Shown here in pieces: positions 13,801 through 25,456 of a stretch of 64,000 nucleotides of DNA. The stretch spans positions 1 to 64,000 of the forward strand of contig CDROCS010005437.1 in NCBI GenBank assembly GCA_977020255.1. The letters are read 5' to 3'. The notes beneath the pieces are model-generated. The model made no database searches. It saw only the letters and a program-made list of their open reading frames with translations, and was not told the origin of the DNA. A program made the translations under genes and the position numbers. Every line of letters begins with the position of its first letter. Within the stretch, counting starts at the first letter, position 1. This DNA comes from Obrimoposthia wandeli. Its lineage: Eukaryota.

Positions 13801-14207
13801 GGGGGTAACTCAACCACACATCCATTCTCGGGGTAACTCAACCACGCATCCATTCTCGGGCGTAACTCAACCACACATCCATTCTCGGGGTAACTCAACC
13901 ACGGATCCATTCTCGGGGTAACCCAACCACGCATCCATTCTCGGGCGTAACTCAACCACGCATCCATTCTCGGGCGTAACTCAACCACACATCCATTCTC
14001 GGGGTAACTCAACCACGCATCCATTCTCGGGGTAACTCAACCACGCATCCATTCTCGGGGTAACTCAACCACGCATCCATTCTCAGGGTAACTCAACCAC
14101 GCATCCATTCTCGGGCGTAACTCAACCACGCATCCATTCTCGGGGTAACTCAACCACGCATCCATTCTCGGGGTAACTCAACCACGCATCCATTCTCGGG
14201 GGTAACT
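10843..14207. repeat. 28/29-bp minisatellite, roughly 118 units, in host intron
   Basis: Units CCATTCTCGGGGTAACTCAACCACGCAT and CCATTCTCAGGGTTAACTCAACCATGCAT repeated head-to-tail over 3365 bp. Confidence 0.97.
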
Positions 14208-14337
14208 AAAGCGTCATCCTAATTGTTTACTATATTTTTATAATTAATAAATGGATTTCTAAACATCTGATTGTTCAATTTAGGTTTGACTGTACCTATG
14301 TAATAAAAGGGTTTATGGTACGATTTATGACACTCAC

Positions 14338-14495
14338 AGCAGAGAGTCGTCCAAATACGACTTTGGTCGCCACATCCCGCGCTTTTTGGAACAGCATCGG
14401 AGGTTTGTGACGAGGAGAACAATTACAAGGACTATAATTAACAGCGACTGGATTAGAACCAAAAAGAAGGTTCCATAGTCAGGCAACGGCCATTG
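14338..14495 (-). CDS. host gene transmembrane exon
   Basis: tttgtgcag acceptor and gtgagt donor; QWPLPDYGTFFLVLIQSLLIIVLVIVLLVTNLRCCSKKRGMW (hydrophobic helix plus basic stop-transfer); phase 0 matches the EGF exon. Confidence 0.8.
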
Positions 14496-14996
14496 CTGCA
14501 CAAAAATTAGTCATTGTAAAGTAGATTTAATGTGGGCAAAGACAATTTTACAAACAATATGGAGAATTTATTTTGTAAAGAGCCTATTTATATCTCAACC
14601 GGCTCCATTGGCCAGAACATGTGAATTTATTTGTTTCCAACCAAAGAGACATTTTATAAATAATATCATATGAATGCAATAGAATCTGGGTGATCAAAGC
14701 TATTCAGTGTTCTTTTGTACCCTTTGTAGGTATCAACTTTCTTGCAATTTCTCACACCATGTGTCAACGGATTACATAAACTTATAATTTATTTTAAATG
14801 TCCGATCTCCTGAACGTTTCGAAGCTCATGGTTTGGTTATTAAAATTGTCTATCAAAACCTTATCGTTAAAATACTCTGGCTCTTTAAATAATAATGCAT
14901 TTATGGATTAGCATAAGAACTTTATATTCTAACTTTACCTTTATAGAAGGCGATTATTTGAAGAGGTGTCGGGAATAATGTAGGTCAGACACTCAC

Positions 14997-15298
14997 CAGG
15001 GACTGCATGAAACCTGGCATGACGGTGGTCGTGGCAAGCGTGGTTGGTGCCACGGTGGTAGAGGTGCAGTCAGGTACACAGTTGAAGGAGCCGAGAGTGT
15101 TGATGCACACTGGCTGCACTACGTTCGGGCAAGCATTGCTCAGACACTCATCCACGTCCTGCTCACAGAGATCACCTTTGAACCCCTGGCGGCACTTGCA
15201 CGCGTACTTGCTCTTGCTGGTCGTGCTCGCATTGCACGTGCCACTGTTGGCACATTTGTTGCCCGCACACACGTCAATTGTCTTTTCGCACCGGTCTC
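14997..15298 (-). CDS. host gene exon with two EGF-like repeats and a Thr-rich stalk
   Basis: DVCAGNKCANSGTC...YACKCRQGFKGDLCEQDVDECLSNAC...CINTLGSFNC, then TSTTVAPTTLATTT; canonical splice sites. Confidence 0.9.
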
Positions 15299-15600
15299 CT
15301 GCAGCCAATTGGATCAATCAAAATTGACAATTACAGATTGGACCAATCAGAGTTTCTATATATTGTTGGCTTTTTTATTTGGTCTCTGGTTAGAATTTAG
15401 TATGTATCATGCTACAGCGACATTGAAAATCAATGCAGTAAATATTATACTGTCAAACTAGCTTTTTAAGGAGTTTATGATATTATATATAGTAAGATAT
15501 TGACTTCACAGACTGCATGAAACAGCTATACCCGATGTTAGTAAATGTACAATGGAATATCGTGTTTCGGCGCTGTTTGGGACTTGGAAGTGTTTAGAGG

Positions 15601-16200
15601 TTGAGTGCAATGAAAGTTAGGCTGTGTGGAAGATATAGGGATGAACCTCTTGATGCAAGATCTATTGAAATATGGATGGACAAGCTGTTTACGTCAGGGT
15701 CTATTCTTCATCCAAAGAGATCAGGTCATCGTAAGGAGTGTGGTCTATCCGACGTCGATCAAATGAAATTGAGATATCAGAATCCCCATTGTATGGGCTT
15801 TTGACACAGGTCTTAGGATGTTACCAATGAAACCCCTCGAAGGTTCAATATCTTTCGAATAAGGCCCTCCAGCTGAGGATTGAAGCGTGTCGCTCAGTTC
15901 TGTCTGAGTGTGACAGGTCAATTTTCATTGGCGAATGCGCAGTACAGAGCCATTCGAGTGTCAACGTGGACGAAGGGGAACCCTCTCTCGTGGGAACAAG
16001 TGGAGCAGCCTCCATTGACTGTTGTGGTATGGCGGCCATGTCCAGTGACCACCTCATCAGCCCATTCTTCCTGGATGGTTCAGACCGCCAGAAGATAATT
16101 CCAATGCTGCACGAGCAATTTATTCCGGCTCTACAAGCAAAAGTAAAAAGCACACGTGACCCTATGACATATTCCAAGATCGTTGGATGGGAAATTTGAT
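15601..16200 (+). mobile_element. Tc1/mariner-superfamily transposase remnant
   Basis: EPLDARSIEIWMDKLFTSGSILHPKRSG (HTH-like N-terminus) and LTVVVW / AAMSSDHLISPFFLDG...MLHEQFIPALQ across frameshifts. Confidence 0.7.
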
Positions 16201-16999
16201 TCAATCCCCTGCCATTTGAGGTATATTAAAACTAACGCAAAGTAATTGCCTCTCCGATGATTAATCATGAAAGGGAGGAGCGCCAACTATCGAAAGGGTT
16301 TGTGATTTGTCCAGTCGTACCCAATTAATCCGATCAGTCTATTTACTATTGAAGAAACATGTTTGATGGGAAAATCTGTTATAACAGTAATTCATTGACG
16401 GGTAATATAAAACAAGGAAAAAGCATGTTTCATCGTATGCATCTCAACCATATGGCCAAAGAATTATATTGTGAAAAAGTAGGATGTTAAGAAATAGGTT
16501 GAAAGGGTTTTTTAAATACAAAGAATTTAATATCAATTTAATCTCGGGTGTGTTTTTGTTGTAAAACAGTTGAAAAATAGAACAATTTCAACCGCAGCCT
16601 TCAGATGTTTTCTAAACAGATGTGTACATTTTGAACTTTATGTTTATATCTAATGGTGCTCCAACATGTAAGAAAGACGATTTGATCGTTTGTCTCAGGA
16701 TTTAGCACTGTACTGATTAAATACAATTCACATGTTTTTTTAAATTTTAAAGTTCAAAAACTAATGTTTTATTTTGAGTAAATGTAAACTGATTATGTGA
16801 ATATGGCTAACCTAGAGTTTAAAATACCGTCGAAAAAATTTACACCTTCATACGTTTTAAAATTTTGATATTAAATAATTAAAAAGTATTTCATATGATT
16901 AATTTTAAGGAAAAGTGGCGGCAATTCTGAATGAGTACCGATAGAATAATTTCAGTTGGTACATTTTCTATTGTTGCTTCTGTGGAGCCTTGTGCAGAC

Positions 17000-17900
17000 T
17001 CATTGGCCGGCTGAAGAACCTGTCGATATCACCAAAGCTGCAGTGGTCGTGCAGCTTCAGTATCCATTCTGGTTTATTGTAGCGAACTAATTGATTTTCG
17101 TTCACCAACCGACTGAATCAATTTGACAAACTGGCCTATACAACTGTATCAAAGTTCAGATAATGCCAGTAAAACATCGTGAAGTGTATCTAAAAATAGC
17201 GCAAAAACATCAACCGATTGATTGAAAAGTGTAAATAAATGAGATCCATTGATTAAGTAGTCGCATCATCTACAAATATTCTGTTTACCTTCACCATGGT
17301 GACCCAAAGGTGACCCTTCCTTCGACCTTTGAACACATATTCTTAAGAAATGCACATCGACTTTCGTAAGGATAGACGAACATTTGTGGGCGATGGGAGC
17401 ATGTGTGGACTTCCTAGGGGCTTTGCCTTAATATATATAGATGGTCATTAAGAAACTGGTCAGGAAATGTGAGCTCCCAAAGCATTGTAAGATATGCAAG
17501 TAAAAATTATTTCATATACAATAGTGTCATGACGAAAAAGGCTCCATTCGAATTTGACAATGGTTTTTTGTAGATCAACTTGAAATTAATAAACAACTCC
17601 CAAGAAGACAAAGTCGATCATACAGTATGCTATAATGTAAAATGAATAGTTAGCAATTAACCACACTTCTCACTTAGACGTCAAAATCCATTTGAAAGAA
17701 TGTTGTCAGTGACATCTGTCAACATGGGATCTTACGTAACTTTCATCGACCTTTCTGCCATTTGACAACGCAGGGAACATCGCCAGGAATGACATGGATT
17801 GCCAGTGTCGACTTGGAGATTTGCTTGCAATTTTAGGGACCCTAAACAATGTTTGATCACTAAACCGTCTTTGCCCATGGCCCTCATATTATTCGCAAAT
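17000..17900 (-). mobile_element. non-LTR retrotransposon reverse-transcriptase remnant
   Basis: Decayed motifs in expected order on the minus strand: VDLQK, EGSPLG, IFVDD. Boundaries approximate. Confidence 0.4.
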
Positions 17901-20900
17901 TGAGTTGTAATATTCAGCGAAAATAGCTCTTGAAGTGCACCGCACTGAATCTAGCCAACTACGGACCATAACTGACTTTTCTCGGGATTTTGAAAGCTTC
18001 GCTCATGAGCTCATTTATGACCGAATAGTTCATATTCGGTGAAATAGAATCGGTCAGAAAGTCGAAGAACTCTGTCAAGTATAATATTTACTTTTCCTAC
18101 ATATTTTATTTCCTTCACAAATTCATTGACAGCTCTCTAATCTATATGATTTAAAATTCTATTATTTCTCACCTATAGCACATGCAAACTTTCTCTAAAC
18201 TTCAGTCGTACCCCTGACCGTTTGAGCAGCGTAGTTGGCAATGAGCAAAATCTCTGATATTAGAGAACACGCGATGCAAACACGAATTAGCGCCAAAAGA
18301 TGTAAGCAAATTTTAAAATATTCAGAAAGTCTGGGATTTCCAGCGTCGATAGCTCCCCCTGTAAGTGTTCCACCATTGCTGAACTATCCTGAGGCTATTG
18401 CACTTTCTGCTCTAAGATCGTTCACCAGTCTAGCTTCTCAGTCCATTTTACTCAAGGTTTTATTGGCCAATTTTGGAGATCATCGCCTCATTTCAAAGCT
18501 CTCGTCGTTCTCTTTTCTACTTACTCTCCAGAAATCTGACAAAATATTGATATTTTCTTTCAAGTATTGAGTGGCATCTTTCTTTTAAAAAACCTTCATT
18601 GCCTTCCCGATAAAATAGAAGGTTCTTATGCTCATCCATAAACACTTATCATTAAAAGAGCCAGAGTATCTTAGCGATATGTTTTTGAGAAGTGCGACAA
18701 TCTAAAATCAGTTGTCGATTCGTGTGAGAAGGGCTTTGGCAAAGATGCTGGCCAAGGAGATTCTTGATGAAGGATAATTGAAAGAGTTGGACGCCTGAGG
18801 ACACCATCACGCGAATGAATTCGACAGGACACGCACAGCCAAGAATATTTAAATACGTTTTAGAAACATTGAACATGGGAAAAGGTTCGTTTTGTTTCTC
18901 TTTTTGAGACTCATACGACCTAACACTGCGGATTTGGAAAAATGCTATTTGGTAGCTCGGCAAAGAGCCCGTGGAAGTGGAAGTTTGGTTTGGCAAATTT
19001 GGCATTAAAGAGAAAGAAAGCAAAGCGTTTGTATTGTATTTAACGAAGAAAGTGTGCTACGTAGCTGCGTGCAAGACAGAAGAAGATAAATTGGGTGTGG
19101 CCAGATCGACATAACAATATCTGACCACATGAAAGCCGTCAAATCGTAGCTTGGGGTATTTGCAAATGTGCAGCTAAATTTGAAGATATATTTGAAGCAC
19201 TTTCTAAAATATATTATTCGCTATTAAAAGAATTGACGATTGAGCAACAAAACAGAACAGTCCATCATCAACTTTGCTGCAAAATGTTCGTCTGACATCT
19301 CGAATTGTCACTTGATGTCAATTGTCACTTTCAACTGAAACTCGGTATCATCACGAATATCACAAGACAATCGGACAACAATTTGTCAATTATGACGCAT
19401 GTGTAAGCTAAATCGAAATTGAAAAATACGCAGTCGACTAAAAGAACCAAACCAATCTCGATGGAATTTCCAAGAGAAAAGGAGCATGCATCCTCAGTAG
19501 AGAAACTGTCTATCATTTCAAAAGCTCTTATAGAACGGATATATGCTCTCCAGTCGTGTAATTGTGGAACAGTCAGTTAGTGAAAATCCTAAATTGATTA
19601 CGCTGTTCTAACATGTTATTTGTCAAGACGGTGAGGACGGTCGTCATTGTAAGGTTAAGAATGTCGACACAGGATGCGTTGGTGCCGCGGACAACGGCTA
19701 GACTAAGACTTGGTCGATGTAGGATGCTGCCAGACAAACGGTGATTCAGGCCGTCACCGATGACCACATCTGACACTGCGTCATCGACCCACAGCATGAC
19801 TGGGTCAACAAACACACACAGCTGTTGGAGTTTGGTCGCTAGCTTGGCAGTAAATCAACCGAACCGTCAGTAGAAGTCTTGGCATGTTGCAGAAATAGAC
19901 AGACACCAAAGTAAAATGCCCAAAAGCAAACAGAAAGGTCGGGGAGCGTGGTCCTCTTCTGTCAACCCAACAGTTTAGAAGGTTGTGCTTGAAATGTTGT
20001 CTCACAATATTGAAGAATTGGTAGATATTTTCTTTGTGACGCTTGCAATCAGGATTAGCATGCTAATTTCGCACCTGGTTATTTCTTTCTGCTTTCATCG
20101 TTGCAAAACTGACCACTCTGATGTGTATATCAGACACCAAACAGAAACGGACGTTCTATCCCGGGATTTCACAGATGCTGTGTGAGTTTTTCCTTGTATG
20201 TCTGATAAACTCACAGAACTCAGTCCGATGATCACGAGTGGAAATTGTTCTTCTTAAAATACTGCACTGTTGAATGAGTCGTTGGCTAATTTCGTTGTTC
20301 CCATCCTCAACGTGATAGACTAAACTGTTATTATTCATTCTCCATCAGAGTTGTTTAATGCCAGTTGTTTGTGCGAATGTAATTTCGGATGGTTTTTCCA
20401 TCAGCCTCTAAATATGCAAAACTTTCCGTACTATCTAAACCTCTACTTAATACGCAAGGTTCCTTGGAAACACAATCGGATGTAAGGAAATTGTATATTA
20501 GTAAGCTAAACAGGAAATTCTCTAATGCCAACTGTGTTGAGTATCTCGTTGTTTAATGCCAGTAAATTGAATTATAATGATCAGAAACTATGCAGTTAGT
20601 TATCATAATGTCGTCCCACATTCCCCTAATTTAGAGAAGAAAACCCCCAGACAAACACGAAGTTTGCGATTTTCACATAGTTGCTCGCGACTTGTACACA
20701 CATTCGCATGCGTTAACACTCGCAAATGAATAGGCACACATGAATTTGCTAACACACGGTGTTGAATTGACACAGCACACTTAACGATCGCGATATGAGA
20801 AATGCAAATTAAATCCCTTAATATTCGTGGTTTAAGTCGCTTGTGAAAAAAGATCATGGGAAAAAGAAGGACAATCGACTAAGCTACATGATCGATGAAA

Positions 20901-21442
20901 GTTGTTAAAGTGAGAGAATCCTAACAAAATCGAGAAAGACAAATCGTAATTATATTAGACAAAATGACCCAAAATTTATATTTCTTTGATATTAATCTTG
21001 TCTTAATCTGAAGATTTCCCTGTCCATATTTCCCCATGCTCAAGAGATGAATGGAGACAGAATCCCTGAGTTTAGTTCCCCAAATACTTTCATTCTACAT
21101 TTTATTAAGCTGAATGTAAATGACGGTAAAAGAATACTGGCAGCTCAGAGATGGAAGAGAGAAGTGCAATAACAATGAATAATTCAGAAGACGTATCGAG
21201 AAATCGGCACTAAGTTAATACTATGTTATGTTACAACCCAAATCAACACCATCTTTCCAAATAGCGAGGTTACATCATGAAATAGAACTGATGCCTTTGC
21301 GAATATCTGATTAGATAACTTCAAATAAGATTACAAAACCACAAGAAACGATTGAGGTCACAAATAGACAGATCAATTTGCGAATTTTTACTTAAAAGTA
21401 CAATTCCAGTATTCGATAAAAAAATAAAAATAAAAAACTCAC

Positions 21443-21626
21443 CTTCTAAACCTTCCGGACAACCTCCGTCAATTTCATTACATTTATTTCCTATAAAAGA
21501 CACCTCACACTTCCACTCAATCTTCACTAACACTTCAGAGATGTTCAACGTCTGCAACCTGTTATTTAACAATCCCGCTCCTTCGAAAGATGTCAAACTT
21601 CCATTCTCTTTGATTTGGAAGGAAAC
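21443..21626 (-). CDS. host gene exon, end of C2/MNNL-like region plus shortened DSL/EGF-like motif
   Basis: ttttcacag acceptor and gtgagt donor; ...KIEWKCEVSFIGNKCNEIDGGCPEGLEG joins in phase 1 to DRCEKTIDVC of the EGF exon. Confidence 0.8.
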
Positions 21627-22660
21627 CTGTGAAAATATAAATAAGCCATGACAACTCGTGCTAGTAATTTACCTGGGTAAAATCAGTCTTATTGATTTTA
21701 TTTTCAACAATTGGCTTCACAAGTAAAACTCTGAATTAATTATAAAGTCATTATTAATTTTAGAGAATACTACTTTGTAACCGTCACATTTTGAATACAA
21801 CTTGTGGAATTATTTGAATCTGAACAAAATGGAATATCCACTTTTAGCTTAGCAAACGATATTTTAGACATAATGAAAAAGGAATTGTCAAACTATAAAG
21901 AATAGTTTAATTTCATTTAATTAAAAATACCTTTCGAGCATTACTGTACGATAATAGAAAAATAAGTATAAACTGTTTCTGAAAAATCATATTTTAATGA
22001 TTGCTACAACAAAAATATTTGAGAATTCAAAACGGTCAAAATTAAATTATTTTAAATTATTTCTGAATTGAATTTTACTAAAATTATTTTAGTTGATGAT
22101 AAATTTAAACACACTGTTACTAAATATATTTTCCATACATTTAATTTGCAATATCATTTTAATTTTCATGACAAGAAATATTATTTTTGAGAAAAGTTAA
22201 TTTTATAAAAATGAAGAAAATGAAAAACTTAGAATTGTACAAATAATTTTGCACTATATTAGCCAATAATGTTGATCTGAAAAATTGTCAATATTTTATT
22301 TAAAGTTTAGGAAATTCAATACGTTCAAAAATTACAAAAATAAAGTCATCAACATTAGTGAGAGTTATAAAGACGCAAAAAATCAAATAAAAAAAAACTA
22401 GAATCATTTTGGTATTACTCTTTAGTTGATAAAGATATAATGGTAAAATTTTATAAATTAGTCAGAAAGTGACAGAAAGTAGATAGGATTGAGAAAAAGA
22501 ATATATAAAAAATTATTGTGTTAGTATTGTTCTTGTGACGCCAACAACCAAAATTTTACTTAGGTTACTAAGAGTAGTAGTTACTTGCTTACACCAATTG
22601 TTAAAAAAATAACCACATTGAATATAATTTGTGTGTACCACGTCATTGTAACGATAGTAG

Positions 22661-24145
22661 TGTTAGGATTAGAAAATTAATAAAATTCAGAAAATAATTA
22701 TTTATTAAATAGTGAAATAAATCCTTGAAAGCAAGGTTAAAAATAAAATCGAATATAAATTAAAATTAAATATAAGTTATCAAAAAATATTTAGGACCTT
22801 GAAAGGTCATGTTTGATGCAATATATGTATAAAAGTTAGGGCCCGGAAAATTAAAGGCCCCCAAAAAAGAATTTAGACAAAAATAATTAATATATGAAGA
22901 AAAGAAAGAGAGTGGGAAACAAGAAGAAAGAAAAGCACTCAGACAAGAAGTGCATTAGCGCCATTGACACCGCCTCAATTCAGCCACCTCAATCCTGTCC
23001 GTTGCAGCAAAGAGGCGAGCGGGAAGCAACCGTCAGAATTCCAGAGAAGTGATTGCATTTACTTTAAGTGCAAGTTTGATTACTATATTGCAGAATAATA
23101 AAAGTAGATTGGAACTCGGAGAAGCGCTAGTGATAAACAAAAAGTTGAATTTGCAGCACACTCACTCGTTCGGAGAAACAGGCAAGGTAACAGAATTTTT
23201 ATAGAAATATTACATTTTATTTGATTAATAAGAAACCAAATTGCCTATCAGAGACAGAAGAATCTATCGAAAAAAGAAGTCAATTGCCGATTTGAGACAA
23301 GACGCACAGGTCAAATTGACAAAGAGCTACAGCAGAAGGCCAGAGCTAAATTGAGTACCAGGACCACATCAGTTATTCCTGTAGCCGAGAACTCTGAAAA
23401 CGAGGACCACATCAATTGTTCCTGTGGACAAGAACATCATCTCTGCTAAGGAAACAAACAAGAAACAGACGCTCGGGACCATCCACTTGTCCCGGCGAAG
23501 AGAGAGATCGAACGAACGACCGCAGACGTACGGAACCCAACCGTGCCTGGAAAGAGCAAACTAAGCGAATCGCCGGACTACTCGTGTGATCTCGAAGAGA
23601 GGCTTCTCGAAAAGAGATCGCGGTAAGTCCAGAGTGTTGTTGGAGGTTCTTAAAATTGGTTTAATTCTGCTATAATTCCGATAAAGTTCTGAATCATTTT
23701 TGATATAAAATTTGTATAATTCTGCTATAATTCCGATAAAGTACTGAATCATTTTTGATATAAAAATTTGTATAATTCTGCTATAACTCAGATAAAGTAC
23801 TGAATCATTTTTGATATAAAAATTTGTATAATTCTGCTATAACTCAGATAAAGTTCTGAATCATTTTTGATATTAAAAATTGGTATAATTCTGCTCTAAT
23901 ACCGATATAGTTCTGGTATCAATTTTTTTTGGCAATTTTTATAACAAGAAATTTTAAGCTAAATTAAAAATAAACAAACTAAACTGCCCATATTTTTAGA
24001 GTAAATAACTCTACTAAAATTAACCAAATTACATCGCCCATATTTTTAGAGTGAAGACTCTGTTAAACTAAAACCAATAATTAAAATCGATACGTGAAAC
24101 TTGTGTAGAAACTTTGTGAAAAGTACTTAGGATTAGCTGTTGTCA
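22661..24145 (+). mobile_element. copy c of the 2295/4300 repeat family, inside or upstream of the host gene
   Basis: TGTTAGG start, shared 16-mer at 22719, TATA at about 22829, intron-like segments, ~53-bp tandem repeats at about 23665-23915. Right boundary uncertain. Confidence 0.45.
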
Positions 24146-25456
24146 TTTTTATAACGTATTTTTAGAACGTAACTAGTAGAGCCTTTGGCAAAATGGAAGT
24201 GTAAACATGTTTTTCTTTCTATACTTTTCTACTATAAACTAAATGTACGATGCGCACTTATATTTTACGGTACTGTCTTTTTAAATTAAAATAAGGATGT
24301 AGAAAATAAAATGTTGGGTAAAAACAAACACCATAAATGAATTTCCCGTGTCAAGTTGTGTATTACTGTAGATTTTCAGTAAAAAAGAATATTAATAAGT
24401 GCCTGGGTGAAGCATTTGGCGTGCATTATGCACTAAGTGCGAATTACACGCCTAACTTTTCATCCAAGCACTTATTAATATTATGTTAATCTGAAATTCT
24501 AGAGTAGTACACAACATGATACGGGGAATCCATTTCTGAAAACTGTTTTTACCACACTGATCATCTTCTTTGTTTTCTAGGGTTAGGTTGTGCCTTTTTG
24601 GGACAGACTGATAGGAAGATAACATAGGCAGAGAGATATGGAGAAGGGTAATATAGACGCTATCAACGAAAAATTTTCTATATTGCTGTTGTCTTGTAGC
24701 AATAATTAACTGTTCTATAACGGTGAGAGAGTACGTTAGGGAGATAGATATCAGGACAAGAAACACTGGGTTAGCGCAAGACTGCAGATTGAGATAGATA
24801 GAAGGACTTGAGAGAGAAAGAAAGAACATAAAAATACATTTATTGCATTGCTATTGTTATAATATTTGTCTCTGTTAAATACAATACGATACAATGATGA
24901 TAAATAATTTTAAAAACCACGATACCTAAATTAAAAGATGAAGTAAAACAATTAAATTAATTAAACCCAACTTATCTTTGTCAAATTGAGCGTTGATATT
25001 GACTATATTTTGTATACTCCTTAATCATAAAAAAAGATTGCGAGTTAGTAGGTGGATGTGTCCGGTCTAATCCACCCCCCTCCCCCTCCCCCCGGGGGGG
25101 CTACCACTGTCCTTTAAAACCGTGCATGTGTGTGGAGTGAAATTTCGTGTATTTGTGTGTGAAGTGAAATTTTCTACCCCCCACCAACACTCAAAAAAAC
25201 TAATTAACCCCATAAAACACCCTTTAAAATTGAAAATCTCATAGTGCTCCCTCAGAGTGAGGAAGTGCCTGAGAGGCCATCTAAAGGCCAACGCGTGCCC
25301 TTCAGGCCCGCGGTGGCCTGACGAGCAATACATATATACAGGATAAATTATTTGAATAACCCGCTCTCATTGAACGACAAAAGATGGTTAGTCTATTGTT
25401 TTTGTATATAAACCTCTTTTCATTATTTTTCATAAATCAAGAATCAATAATCAAGA

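Noticed and set aside
10843-14207. CRISPR array or telomeric repeat
   Set aside because: Units are contiguous with no unique spacers; GGGTTA occurs only as part of a 29-bp unit, not as (TTAGGG)n. ORFs called across it are repeat translations.
19573-20338. LTR-retrotransposon RT remnant (WVDD motif)
   Set aside because: A single short motif without supporting neighbours.
21776-24145. Complete solo LTR starting TGTAACC at 21776
   Set aside because: No matching GGTTACA end or TSD found; homology to the other copies starts only at 22661.
24452-24829. Further 5' exon of the Delta-like gene
   Set aside because: IILISAW weakly recalls the MNNL motif SLIIEAW, but the splice phase does not match the 21626 exon and the evidence is too thin.
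25067-25333. ORFs in TIR/subterminal DNA (also 34211-34458, 60259-60769, 61493-61720)
   Set aside because: Short translations of non-coding terminal repeats with no recognisable motifs.
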